Positions 45,569-54,864 of a DNA stretch of 64,000 nucleotides are shown piece by piece. The number at the start of each line of letters is the position of its first letter. The stretch's first letter is position 1. The stretch is from Elusimicrobiota bacterium (GTDB lineage Bacteria > Elusimicrobiota > Elusimicrobia > F11): the NCBI GenBank assembly GCA_044221725.1, contig JBGAON010000001.1, positions 352,001 to 416,000 of the forward strand. Reading direction: 5' to 3'. Below the pieces are notes generated by a model. The model ran no database searches, had not been told where the DNA came from, and worked only from the letters and a program-made list of their open reading frames with translations. Both the position numbers and the translations under genes were made by a program.

Positions 45569-47452
45569 ATGAAACGTTCCCGAAATCTTGTTGTCTTCAT
45601 TCTTCTGTCCCTTGCTGGCGTTCCGTCGCACGCTTCGGTGGAGGAATTAATTTTGAAGGCCCACGAAAGAAATGTTGCGCAGGATTCCTATTGGTTGCGG
45701 CTGCTGCATTACAAACGTGGCGTGTTCGGTGGCATGAAAAGCGACATTGATGGGAATAACTTCTTTTTGTCCAAAGACGGGCGCCACGATCCCACGGCCG
45801 AACTGGACGCCACGCTTCGGGCGTTTTACGATCCGATTCCGGCGAGCAGCGATACGCAACATCCGCAATGCCGTTATCCGGCGCGATTTGCTTGGTTAAA
45901 CGAGCGGCTCCAATTTGGCACCGATATGCCGCGCACGCGTTGCGAGCGTTTCGAATCGTGGGAGCAAAAAATGGAACCGGAGTCGCTGTCGATTGTTTTC
46001 GCTGGTTACTATTTGAACAATCCCGCGTCGATGTACGGACATACGTTTCTTCGGGTGGGGCGTGCGACGCATCGTGGTAGCGAGAAGCCACTGTTGGATT
46101 ACACCATCAACTTTGCAGCGAACACGCCCACGCGAAACGGGATTGTTTTTGCGGCAATGGGGCTTGCTGGCGGCTATCCGGGCACGTTCACGGCTCTTCC
46201 TTATTATATGAAGGTCCAGCAGTACAACAATTTGGAGTCACGCGATTTGTGGGAATATCAGCTAAATTTTTCGTCCGCGTCCGTCCATCGGTTGCTTGCG
46301 CACGTGTGGGAACTGGGTCCCACGTCGATCTCCTATTACTTTCTCAACAAAAATTGCTCGTACCAACTTTTGCCGTTGCTGGAAGTTGCGGATCCAAAAC
46401 TGAATCTTTCGGGCCAATTTCATTTTCGTGCAATTCCAATTGATACGCTGCGGACCGTGATTGAACAACCGCAAATCGTGTCAAAGCGCGTATTTCGGCC
46501 GTCGGCGTTGCGGCGAATGATTGCTTCTCGTGATGTGTTGACGCACGATGAGCGGGCGGTTGCTCAGAAATTTCCGGAATCGGATTTGTCTCGATATTCG
46601 GCTCCGGAGCAACGTCGTATTCTCGACGCGTCGTACGATTATCTGCGTTACAAATACGGTTACAAAAGAAATCAATCGAACGACATGCGCGAGCGCGAAC
46701 AGAAGATTTTGCTTGCCATGAACAAACTTCCGAAAGATCCGGCGATCGCGCCTTCAATAAATATTGCGGAACCGGCTCCGCCGGAGTCTTCTCACCGAAC
46801 GGGGCGGATCGGACTGGCGTTTGGTGCAACGCGCGACACGACGTTCGAAGAAATTTCGGCGCGAGGTGCGCTGCACGATTTTGAGTCAAGCCAAAACGGA
46901 TTTGTGGAAGGCAGTCAGTTGGAAATGCTGTCGTTTCGTGCACGTTGGAATAATGAGAATGGTCACGCGACCGTGGAAGATTTTACGGCGATCAGTGTGT
47001 TGTCGATGACGCCGCGTGAAGAATGGGTTAAGAAACCATCGTGGCATTTAAAGATCAACTACGGACACGCGCATGACTTGGGAAAATCACCGGACGGCGA
47101 CGGTTATGCCGGCGTGGGCGGTGGATCCGGTGCGTCCGTGCGTGTTCCGATTTTGCGAGGTGGCATTGCCTACGCCATGGTGGATGTGGACAGTGGCGTT
47201 GGCGGCGTTTTCCGGGATTATTATCGATTGGGCGCCGGTGGTTCGACGGGCGTGGTGCTTGGCGTAACGAAAATTTGGCGCGCGCACTTCATCGGTTCTT
47301 ATATCCGCTATGGAATTGGCGACATCAGTTCGGCCAATCGGTTGCGGCTTGTTCAGGCCGTGGAACTGCCGAAGGATTTCGAATTGCGTCTGACACTAAA
47401 TCGCGAAAACTATTACCGCGACGGAATTTTCTCCCTAAACCGCTATTTCTGA
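45569..47452 (+). CDS. DUF4105 (Lnb-like N-terminal domain) protein with C-terminal beta-barrel
   Basis: WLRLLHY, CRYPARF.WL, NNPASMYGHTFLR, ESRDLWEY, YYFLNKNCSY. Confidence 0.85.
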   Translation: MKRSRNLVVFILLSLAGVPSHASVEELILKAHERNVAQDSYWLRLLHYKRGVFGGMKSDIDGNNFFLSKDGRHDPTAELDATLRAFYDPIPASSDTQHPQCRYPARFAWLNERLQFGTDMPRTRCERFESWEQKMEPESLSIVFAGYYLNNPASMYGHTFLRVGRATHRGSEKPLLDYTINFAANTPTRNGIVFAAMGLAGGYPGTFTALPYYMKVQQYNNLESRDLWEYQLNFSSASVHRLLAHVWELGPTSISYYFLNKNCSYQLLPLLEVADPKLNLSGQFHFRAIPIDTLRTVIEQPQIVSKRVFRPSALRRMIASRDVLTHDERAVAQKFPESDLSRYSAPEQRRILDASYDYLRYKYGYKRNQSNDMREREQKILLAMNKLPKDPAIAPSINIAEPAPPESSHRTGRIGLAFGATRDTTFEEISARGALHDFESSQNGFVEGSQLEMLSFRARWNNENGHATVEDFTAISVLSMTPREEWVKKPSWHLKINYGHAHDLGKSPDGDGYAGVGGGSGASVRVPILRGGIAYAMVDVDSGVGGVFRDYYRLGAGGSTGVVLGVTKIWRAHFIGSYIRYGIGDISSANRLRLVQAVELPKDFELRLTLNRENYYRDGIFSLNRYF

Positions 47453-48288
47453 AGCGCGGCGGAGAAAAAGTCGGCAACCCGTTTTTCGTATTCCGCGCCT
47501 TTTTTTCTTTTGCATTCCAAGTGGCCCGCGCCGTCGATCACCCACAGCTCGTACGGCTTTTTGGCCTTTGTCGCGAGTTCGTCCGTCATCCAGCCAGGAA
47601 CCACGTTGTCCGCTGTTCCATGAATGAAAAGTGTTGGGCGCGGTGAAATTTTTCCAACGAATTTCCAAGGGTCGTACGTCGTTCCAAGAAAAAGCGGATA
47701 GATCGGATAAAGAATCCACGTGAACACGGAACGCTTGAGAACATCGCGCGCGATCGAGCGGTACGAATAGAACGGAGACTCGAGGACGACGGCTTTCACC
47801 AGCGGCTCTTTCGCAGCGACCACCGTTGCGACCGAGGCTCCAAGAGATTGGCCGAGAAGTACCACTCCCGCTGCTCCAGGACGGCGATGCGCCTCGGCCC
47901 ATCGAATCGCTGCAATACCATCGTCGATTGTATTCTTTGGAGAAACCCGTCCCTCGGACCCGCCGTAACCTTGATAGTCCACAACAAGCACATCGAATCC
48001 GTGCGTCGTCAGGTATTGGGATTGCATGTAATGACACGACACATTTCCAAAGTTACCGTGGAGATGAACGACGGTCCCTTTCGGCGGGCCTGGTGTCTTA
48101 AACAAGATGGCGCTTAGCGTTTTTCCGTTCAGGCTGGGGATTTCGAGCGTGTCGTACCAAATGCCTTGATTTTTCGGATCGGAATATAGGTGGCGGTTTG
48201 GCAGGTAAAAGAAGCGCGCGGGTGTGCAGGCCGAACAGAAGGCGAAAATTAAGGCCAAAATCGGGCGGAAACGCCAATTTGTGTGCAT
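47443..48288 (-). CDS. Alpha/beta hydrolase lipoprotein (YfhR-like)
   Basis: Lipobox CSAC, HGNFGN, DYQGYGGSEG, GQSLG nucleophile, HGTAD.VVP, GAGH. Confidence 0.88.
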   Translation of the reverse strand: MHTNWRFRPILALIFAFCSACTPARFFYLPNRHLYSDPKNQGIWYDTLEIPSLNGKTLSAILFKTPGPPKGTVVHLHGNFGNVSCHYMQSQYLTTHGFDVLVVDYQGYGGSEGRVSPKNTIDDGIAAIRWAEAHRRPGAAGVVLLGQSLGASVATVVAAKEPLVKAVVLESPFYSYRSIARDVLKRSVFTWILYPIYPLFLGTTYDPWKFVGKISPRPTLFIHGTADNVVPGWMTDELATKAKKPYELWVIDGAGHLECKRKKGAEYEKRVADFFSAALQK

Positions 48289-48305
48289 AGGATTTTTCGA
48301 AGTTG

Positions 48306-48314
48306 TGATATAAT
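48306..48314 (+). promoter_or_regulatory. Extended -10 promoter for the yggS operon
   Basis: TGATATAAT = TGnTATAAT consensus in the divergent intergenic gap. Confidence 0.6.
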
Positions 48315-48323
48315 CCTCGGGCT

Positions 48324-49052
48324 TTGTCAACCCCATCTTTTGGCGGAACGCCTCCGCGTCCCTCGCTCCAAGATCGATATCGAGAGATCAACGAAAGAAT
48401 AAGGAAGGCCGCGGAAAAATCCGGGCGGCCCGCCTCTTCCGTTTGTTTGGTGGCAGTGACGAAAACGGTATCAGCGAATCAAATCATCGAAGCGGCGGCG
48501 CTGAATATCAGTGATTTCGGGGAGAACAAAGTGCAAGAGGCTGCAGAGAAGCGACCTCAAATGGTGGCGATGCCAACCGGCGTTCGCTACCACATGATTG
48601 GTTCCTTGCAGACGAACAAAGCTCGAAAAGCGGTCGAACTTTTTGACGTGATCCAATCGGTGGATCGACCAAAGTTGGCACAGGCCTTGGACAGGATTGC
48701 TGGAGAACTTGGTAAGAAGCAGCGGTGCTTGATTGAAGTGAAAATTTCGAACGAGCCGACGAAAGGAGGCATCGCGTTGGACGATGCACCGAGATTCATC
48801 GATAGTTTTTCGTTGTACACAAATTTGGAATTGCAGGGTCTCATGACAATTGGCGAATTGGACGCATCCGCCGACCGCACGCGGGAGTCGTTTCGAAAAA
48901 TGAAGGATCTGTTTGATCTGAAAAAGTCGCTTTTGGGCTCGGCTCCGGTTCTTTCGATGGGAATGTCCGACGATTTTGAAATGGCCGTTGAAGAGGGATC
49001 GACGATGGTCCGCATTGGACGCGCACTTTTTGGTGAGAGAGAAAGAAATTGA
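48324..49052 (+). CDS. yggS: PLP homeostasis protein YggS
   Basis: LVAVTKT, FGENKVQE, HMIGSLQTNK, GLMTIG, LSMGMSDDF, GSTMVRIG. Confidence 0.94.
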   Translation: MSTPSFGGTPPRPSLQDRYREINERIRKAAEKSGRPASSVCLVAVTKTVSANQIIEAAALNISDFGENKVQEAAEKRPQMVAMPTGVRYHMIGSLQTNKARKAVELFDVIQSVDRPKLAQALDRIAGELGKKQRCLIEVKISNEPTKGGIALDDAPRFIDSFSLYTNLELQGLMTIGELDASADRTRESFRKMKDLFDLKKSLLGSAPVLSMGMSDDFEMAVEEGSTMVRIGRALFGERERN

Positions 49053-49855
49053 TGATTGGTTTTATCGGATTCGGCCGAATGGGACGTGCGTTGGCGCAGG
49101 GCGCTGTGGCAGCAAATGTTGTTAAGCCGAAAGAAATTTGTGGTTTTGATCAAGAGGCCAAGGCGTTAGCGGTCCTCAAAAAGTTGGGTGGACTGGCTTT
49201 GAAAGATAACGCCACCGTTGTCGCTAAGTCCGATATCGTTTTCTTGTGCGTGAAGCCTCAGGGCATGAAAGAGGCGTTGGCTTCTATCCAGCGCCCCGGT
49301 ACAAATTTGAAGTCCAAATGTTTTGTTTCAATCGCGGCCGGAATACCGATTTCTCGATTGGAAAACTGGATTGGAAAGGGCGTCGCGGTTTTTCGTGTGA
49401 TGCCGAACACGCCGGCTCTGTTGAGCGCGGGAATGAGCGCGGTGAGCCGCGGAAAATTTGGTAGCGCCTCCCAGGAGAGGCAGATTCGCAAGATTTTGTC
49501 GTCCGTCGGCGATGTGGTGAATCTGCCAGAGAAGTTTATGGATGCGGTGACAGCGGTGTCCGGGTCGGGTCCCGCCTATGTTTTTTATTTGGCGGAGTCG
49601 ATGATCGCGGGGGCCCGCCGGCTCGGAATGAGTGCGGATATCGCGCGACGGCTTGTGAACCAAACAATTTTTGGCAGTGGCAAAATGTTGATCCGTCGTC
49701 AGGAATCGGCGGAAGAGCTTCGTCGTCAAGTGACATCTCCTGGCGGAACAACCGCCGCAGCCATCGCGCACTTCGAATCGAAAGATTGGAAGAAAATCGT
49801 AGAAGACGCCGTGAAATGTGCGGCGCAGCGGTCAGCGCAACTAGCAAAAACGTAA
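49052..49855 (+). CDS. proC: Pyrroline-5-carboxylate reductase
   Basis: GFIGFGRMG, VKPQ, SIAAG, RVMPNTP, SGSGPAY, VTSPGGTT. Confidence 0.95.
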   Translation: MIGFIGFGRMGRALAQGAVAANVVKPKEICGFDQEAKALAVLKKLGGLALKDNATVVAKSDIVFLCVKPQGMKEALASIQRPGTNLKSKCFVSIAAGIPISRLENWIGKGVAVFRVMPNTPALLSAGMSAVSRGKFGSASQERQIRKILSSVGDVVNLPEKFMDAVTAVSGSGPAYVFYLAESMIAGARRLGMSADIARRLVNQTIFGSGKMLIRRQESAEELRRQVTSPGGTTAAAIAHFESKDWKKIVEDAVKCAAQRSAQLAKT

Positions 49856-49870
49856 CAAAGGGATAGGAAA

Positions 49871-50134
49871 ATGATTATTCGAGTGAGAGTTATTCCAAAC
49901 GCCAAGCATTCGGAAGTAATGGGCCGCGTCGGTTCCATTGTTCGTGTGCGCGTGGCGGCTCGTGCCGTCGAAGGGGAAGCCAATGAAGAACTTCTTGAGT
50001 TCCTTGCAGAATTTTTCGGCGTAAAGAAAAACGGTGTTTCAATTCTTCGAGGTGAGAAGGGAAAAGAAAAAACGGTTCAGATCGAAGGCCGCCCCGAACA
50101 CGAGCTCGAAGAGATAATGGAAGCAATTCCTTAA
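49871..50134 (+). CDS. DUF167 (YggU) family protein
   Basis: VRVIPNAK, VEGEANEEL..FLA..FGV, GEKGKEK; yggS-proC-yggU synteny. Confidence 0.88.
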   Translation: MIIRVRVIPNAKHSEVMGRVGSIVRVRVAARAVEGEANEELLEFLAEFFGVKKNGVSILRGEKGKEKTVQIEGRPEHELEEIMEAIP

Positions 50135-50146
50135 AAGGAGTTTCAA

Positions 50147-50467
50147 ATGTCGAAAACCACAATAGACAAAAGCAAAGCCGATCTGCCCGTCGAAGCCCTC
50201 ATGCTCGAGTGCGTAAAGGATCGTTACAAACTTTCTTACGCGGCGCTTCGTTGGGCGAAAGAAATTAAGCAGAAAGAAAATTTGCCAGACACTATTCCGG
50301 TGCTCGTGCTGCGAGCCATGCGCGATATTCTCGTCGGCAAAGTATCAGTAAAAGAAGTTGAAAAACTTCCTTATCTGACGAAGGTTCCGACGCCAGCGCC
50401 GGCGGCACCAACCACGCCAACGATCACATTAAACACGTCCGAAGAAACGAGCTCGAAAGCGGAATAA
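50147..50467 (+). CDS. rpoZ: Probable RNA polymerase omega subunit
   Basis: DRYKL...A..WAKEI...AMRDI..G resembles omega; position directly before coaC/coaB-priA. Confidence 0.6.
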   Translation: MSKTTIDKSKADLPVEALMLECVKDRYKLSYAALRWAKEIKQKENLPDTIPVLVLRAMRDILVGKVSVKEVEKLPYLTKVPTPAPAAPTTPTITLNTSEETSSKAE

Positions 50468-50470
50468 TCC

Positions 50471-51016
50471 GTGTCAAATTCCGGTAAGCGAATACTTCTT
50501 GGCGTTACCGGAAGTATCGCGGCCGTGAAGACGCCCGAACTCGTTCGACTGCTCGTCGATAAAGGTTTCGATGTTCAGTGCGTGCTCACGAAAGAAGCGA
50601 AGGAATTCGTGGCGCCTCTCGCGCTGGCCACGTTCAGTGGAAAGCCGGCGGTATGGGAAATGTTTGGGCCCGACGCGTACAAGATGCCGCACATATCCTT
50701 TGCTGAAAAAGCCGATCTCATGCTCATTGCGCCCGCAAGTACGACCACGCTGGCGCGTTGCGCTCACGGTACAGCCGAAGATATGGTGAGCCTTTGCTAC
50801 GTTACGACCGACGCGCCGGTTGTTGTGGCGCCGGCCATGCATCCGACCATGTGGGAGCACGCGGCAACGCAAACGAACGTAAAAACTTTACGCGACCGCG
50901 GTGTTAAGTTTGTTGGCCCTTATGTTGGTCCGTTGGCCGACAAAACGCGCGGCGAAGGCCGCATGAGCGAGCCGGAAGAAATTGTGCAGGTCGTGGCAAA
51001 GATTTTAAAAAAGTGA
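50471..51016 (+). CDS. coaC: Phosphopantothenoylcysteine decarboxylase (stand-alone CoaC)
   Basis: LGVTGSIAA, H...A..AD, APAS, PAMH, G.GRM.EP. Confidence 0.88.
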   Translation: MSNSGKRILLGVTGSIAAVKTPELVRLLVDKGFDVQCVLTKEAKEFVAPLALATFSGKPAVWEMFGPDAYKMPHISFAEKADLMLIAPASTTTLARCAHGTAEDMVSLCYVTTDAPVVVAPAMHPTMWEHAATQTNVKTLRDRGVKFVGPYVGPLADKTRGEGRMSEPEEIVQVVAKILKK

Positions 51017-51678
51017 AACGTACGCCGTCGCGGCGGCTCAACGTTTTAATAACTGCCGGACCGACGCGCGAATGGATGGACCCGGTTCGATTCCTCTCCA
51101 ATCCATCGACCGGGAAAATGGGACTTGTTCTTGCCGACGTTCTAGCGCAACGCGGCGCGGACGTGACGTTGGTTCTTGGTCCTACTCCGCTGCAACCTTC
51201 CCAAAAAATCAAAACAATCCGAGTCGAATCCGCGCTTCAAATGGCTCGGGCTGTCAAAAAAAACTCTCCCGGGATCGATGCGTTCATCGGAACCGCCGCG
51301 GTGGGGGATTGGCGATTTAAAGCAATTCGTTTTTCCAAAATAAAAAAAACAAAATCCGCCACACGAACGGTTGCGCTCGTTAAAAATCCCGACATTCTCG
51401 CTTCGGTCCGCGCTCCGATAAAAATCGGTTTCTCATTGGAAACAGCGGCGCTTCGCGCTCATGCCGAAGAAAAGCTCCGTAAGAAAAATTTGGATCTCAT
51501 CATTGCGAATGAACCCGCTTCGTTTGGCCACGATTCAATCCGCGGATTGTGGATCGAGCGGGCGGGGCAAGCGAAGAAATTTCCGTCGATGACGAAGAAA
51601 ACTCTGTCGCGAAAAATTGCACAATGGCTGGAGTTGCGATGGAAGAAGAAAATTTCGAAACATTTGTTGCTGATTTAA
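51013..51678 (+). CDS. coaB: Phosphopantothenate--cysteine ligase (stand-alone CoaB)
   Basis: LITAGPTRE.MDPVRFLSN.STGKMG, AAV.D, KIKK, NPDIL, GFSLET, K...K.LD.I.AN. Confidence 0.9.
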   Translation: MKRTPSRRLNVLITAGPTREWMDPVRFLSNPSTGKMGLVLADVLAQRGADVTLVLGPTPLQPSQKIKTIRVESALQMARAVKKNSPGIDAFIGTAAVGDWRFKAIRFSKIKKTKSATRTVALVKNPDILASVRAPIKIGFSLETAALRAHAEEKLRKKNLDLIIANEPASFGHDSIRGLWIERAGQAKKFPSMTKKTLSRKIAQWLELRWKKKISKHLLLI

Positions 51679-52445
51679 AACATCATCTCCGGGAAAATGA
51701 CGGGGAGATTGTTTATTGGGGTGAACAGATTCAAATCGCCTCTCCCTTAAGGGAGAGATCGGACCGCGAAGCGGGCCGGGAGAGGGAAACCCCGGGATCT
51801 CCCGGGGCCCACCCCTTCGTCCCCTCCCTAAAGGGAGGCGAGAAAGCGCCTTCCTTAGAAATTCTCCGCAAAAATAGCATCGGTGACTGCCATCTCTGTC
51901 CGCTCGGCGATACGCGGATCAAACTTGTGTTTGGTACGGGGAACCCGGAAACGGACGTCATGTTTGTTGGCGAAGGCCCAGGTTACGACGAAGATCGCAA
52001 AGGCGAGCCCTTCGTCGGAAAAGCCGGGCAGTTGCTCGATAAAATTATGGGTGCGATTGGTCTTGATCGCACCAAGGTTTACATCGCGAATATTGTGAAG
52101 TGTCATCCGATGGTGGATGCGTCGCAACCCGAGAAACGCGGCAACGATCGCCCCCCGGCTCCCGAAGAGATAGAGAAGTGTCGTCCCTTCTTAATCGAAC
52201 AAATCAAGATCATCCAACCGAAAATTATCGTGACGCTGGGCGGCACCGCAACAAAAGCGTTGCTGCGAACCAATCAGGGCATTACCGCGGCGCGCGGAAA
52301 ACTTTTTGATTTGTCGGTTGATGAATCAACGCCACCAATTAAAGTGCTGCCAACATTTCACCCGGCGGCGCTGCTTCGCGATGAAACCCTGAAGAAGCCC
52401 GTGTGGGAAGACATGAAGCTTCTCAGAAATCTTTTAGAAAAATGA
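51639..52445 (+). CDS. Family 4 uracil-DNA glycosylase (4Fe-4S)
   Basis: C..C.L, VGEGPG..ED..G.PFVG.AG.LL, NIVKC.P, TFHPAALLR. Confidence 0.92.
   Translation: MEEENFETFVADLKHHLRENDGEIVYWGEQIQIASPLRERSDREAGRERETPGSPGAHPFVPSLKGGEKAPSLEILRKNSIGDCHLCPLGDTRIKLVFGTGNPETDVMFVGEGPGYDEDRKGEPFVGKAGQLLDKIMGAIGLDRTKVYIANIVKCHPMVDASQPEKRGNDRPPAPEEIEKCRPFLIEQIKIIQPKIIVTLGGTATKALLRTNQGITAARGKLFDLSVDESTPPIKVLPTFHPAALLRDETLKKPVWEDMKLLRNLLEK
51736..51841. repeat. CTCTCCC/GGGAGAG-type palindromic element within the UDG linker
   Basis: Nested palindromes CTCTCCC-ttaa-GGGAGAG, CCCCGGG-atct-CCCGGGG, CCTCCC-taaa-GGGAGG, with outer TCGCCTC/GAGGCGA. Confidence 0.75.
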
Positions 52446-54436
52446 TTTTTGAAGTTGCTCTGCCGGTCCCCGTTCCGAAAACGTTTGATTATCTCCCTCC
52501 GGATCACTTTGTAACCGACGATCCAATTGTGGGGCGACGCGTGAAAGTTCTGTTCGGCCCCCGCCCGCTCACGGGCGTGATTGTTTCCAGTAAAAAAGAA
52601 TCCGCCGCCCCGGTTTCCCAGCTTAAGCACGCACTTTCGGTGCTTGATCATGATCCGGTGCTCGACGAAAATCTGCTTCGGCTCGGACAATGGCTTGCGC
52701 GGCGATACGTGTGTTCGCTTGGCGAAGCGCTCAACTTCTTGCTTCCACCCGCCGCCGGTTCCGACAAAAGGAACTCCACTAGCGATGACATCCACTTTTA
52801 TGGGACGGATTTTCATGCGCCGATAGAGAAACCCGAATTTGTTTTAACGGGCGAACAAAATGCCGCTATTTCGACGATTCATGATTCGATTTACTCAACA
52901 GGCAACGACGCTTTCCTGTTGCGCGGCGTATCGGCGGCCGGCAAAACAGAAGTGTATATGGCGGCGATTAAAGATGTTCTTGCGCAGGGGAAATCCGCAC
53001 TTTACCTGGCGCCCGAAATTGGGCTTGTCAACTTTATTGCGGAAATTCTCAAACAGAAATTTGGACACGAAAAAGTGTGTGTGTATCACAGCGGCCGAAC
53101 AGCGGCCGAGCGTCGGGAAGATTGGTGGCGCATCAAACGCGGGGATATTCGCATTGTGGTGGGTGCCCGTGCCGCGGCCTTGTTGCCGATGAAAGATCTG
53201 GGCGTCATCGTTGTGGACGAAGAACACGAATCCGCTTGGAAAGAAGACCGGAAACCCCGTTTTCATGCACGCGATGTGGCGCTTGCGCGTAGCCGGATTG
53301 AAAACGCCACGGTTGTTTTTGGCAGCGCCACTCCAAGTTTGGAAATAATTCTCGAGGCCAAAGAAGGTCGCGTGCGCTTGCTGGAAATGAACGAACGCGC
53401 TGTGCGAACATCGACGCCAAGCGTGCGACTCATTGATATGAAAACCGCGAAAGGAAAGGGGATTTTATCGTACGAACTTGAGAAAGCGATCGGCGAGCGG
53501 TTGCAGCGCAAAGAACAAGTGGTTCTGTTTATTAACCGTCGCGGTTTTCATCGAACGTTGCGATGTCCGAATTGCGAGTGGACCGCGAAGTGCCCCGACT
53601 GTGGTGTGAGTTTGGTCGAACACAAAAACGATTCCGGAATGACGTTGCAATGCCACTACTGCTCAAAAAATTTCCCAATACCGAAAATGTGTCCGGAGTG
53701 CGGACATAAAAAACTTTCAGCGCGAGGGACAGGAACCGAGCGCGTCACCGATGAAATCAAGCAGCGTTTCCCATGGGCCAATGTCGCGCGTTGGGATCGC
53801 GATAGCGTTTCAAAGAAAGGCAGCCAAGAAAAAATTCTGCAGGATTTTAAAGACGAGAAAATTGATGTGCTCGTTGGCACGCAGCTTGTGGCGCAAGGTT
53901 TTCATTTTCCCAAAGTGACCTTGGTCGGCGTGGTCAACGCCGACACATCGTTGCACGTGCCCGATTTCCGTGCCGCTGAGCACACGTTCCAAATTTTGAT
54001 GCAAGTGGCTGGTCGGGCCGGCCGCGATATGGTGGCCGGCGAAGTTCTCATTCAAACCCGGCATGCGGACCACGCGGCGATTCGCGCTGTCGCGACGCTG
54101 GATTTCCAGAAATTTTCAGAAGACGAATTAGGATTTCGACGCGATCTGCTTTATCCACCGTTCACGCATTTGGTCGAAGTTGAAGCGACCGCCAAAGACA
54201 CTGCAAAAACAGAAAAACAAATGAATCAATTTATCGATTGGATCATGAATCGAACGGTGGACGAACCGATCGGTATTTTAGGTCCGGTGCCATCGCGGCG
54301 GAAGCGAAAAGGAATCAGCGGCCAACACGTTTTGTTGAAAGTTCCACTCGCTTCGTTCGACCAGTTTTTAACGGAGCTTCACTCTTTTCTCGTCGATAAA
54401 TCCGCAAAATTCCGCGTCAACGTCGACCCAAATTAA
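52442..54436 (+). CDS. priA: Primosomal protein N'
   Basis: GVSAAGKTEVY, DEEHE, SATPS, NRRGF, four CxxC, GTQLVAQG..FP, QVAGRAGR, YPPF. Confidence 0.95.
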   Translation: MIFEVALPVPVPKTFDYLPPDHFVTDDPIVGRRVKVLFGPRPLTGVIVSSKKESAAPVSQLKHALSVLDHDPVLDENLLRLGQWLARRYVCSLGEALNFLLPPAAGSDKRNSTSDDIHFYGTDFHAPIEKPEFVLTGEQNAAISTIHDSIYSTGNDAFLLRGVSAAGKTEVYMAAIKDVLAQGKSALYLAPEIGLVNFIAEILKQKFGHEKVCVYHSGRTAAERREDWWRIKRGDIRIVVGARAAALLPMKDLGVIVVDEEHESAWKEDRKPRFHARDVALARSRIENATVVFGSATPSLEIILEAKEGRVRLLEMNERAVRTSTPSVRLIDMKTAKGKGILSYELEKAIGERLQRKEQVVLFINRRGFHRTLRCPNCEWTAKCPDCGVSLVEHKNDSGMTLQCHYCSKNFPIPKMCPECGHKKLSARGTGTERVTDEIKQRFPWANVARWDRDSVSKKGSQEKILQDFKDEKIDVLVGTQLVAQGFHFPKVTLVGVVNADTSLHVPDFRAAEHTFQILMQVAGRAGRDMVAGEVLIQTRHADHAAIRAVATLDFQKFSEDELGFRRDLLYPPFTHLVEVEATAKDTAKTEKQMNQFIDWIMNRTVDEPIGILGPVPSRRKRKGISGQHVLLKVPLASFDQFLTELHSFLVDKSAKFRVNVDPN

Positions 54437-54540
54437 TTTTTTGTCGTCGATCAGCGAAGTTTGACAACCCCAATTTCAATTTGATCAGATGCCGTTCCGG
54501 CCGCACCTCCAGCGAGCCCGCCCCTTCATTGGAGCTTAAA

Positions 54541-54855
54541 ATGCATAACGACCTGACAACCCTTCGCAAAGACGTAGAAACCATCAAATCAACCATGGTA
54601 ACCAAAGACCATTTGGCCCATGAATTGAAGAGATTCGCAACCAAAGACGACCTGAAAAACTTCGCAACCAAAGACGACCTGAAAAACTTCGCAACAAAAA
54701 AGGATCTTAAAGGGTTCGCGACCAAAGAAGATGTTCAGCTCATCATTGAGCATATGGACAGTTTCTTTGTTCGTGGCAATCGCCTTCAAAGCATAGAAGG
54801 CAAAGTCTCTAATCATGAGGCGCGAATATTAGCGCTCGAACAGAGACAGCCTTGA
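54541..54855 (+). CDS. Small coiled-coil protein with FATKDDLKN repeats
   Basis: GGAG RBS; VTKDHL, FATKDDL x2, FATKKDL, FATKEDV; HEARI..LE end. Confidence 0.75.
   Translation: MHNDLTTLRKDVETIKSTMVTKDHLAHELKRFATKDDLKNFATKDDLKNFATKKDLKGFATKEDVQLIIEHMDSFFVRGNRLQSIEGKVSNHEARILALEQRQP
54634..54732 (+). repeat. 27-bp in-frame tandem repeat (2 identical + 2 degenerate copies)
   Basis: TTCGCAACCAAAGACGACCTGAAAAAC at 54634 and 54661, variants at 54688 and 54715. Confidence 0.9.
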
Positions 54856-54864
54856 GAGAGTGCG

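Noticed and set aside
54634..54732. CRISPR-like array
   Set aside because: Units are contiguous with no spacers, in-frame, and no cas genes are present
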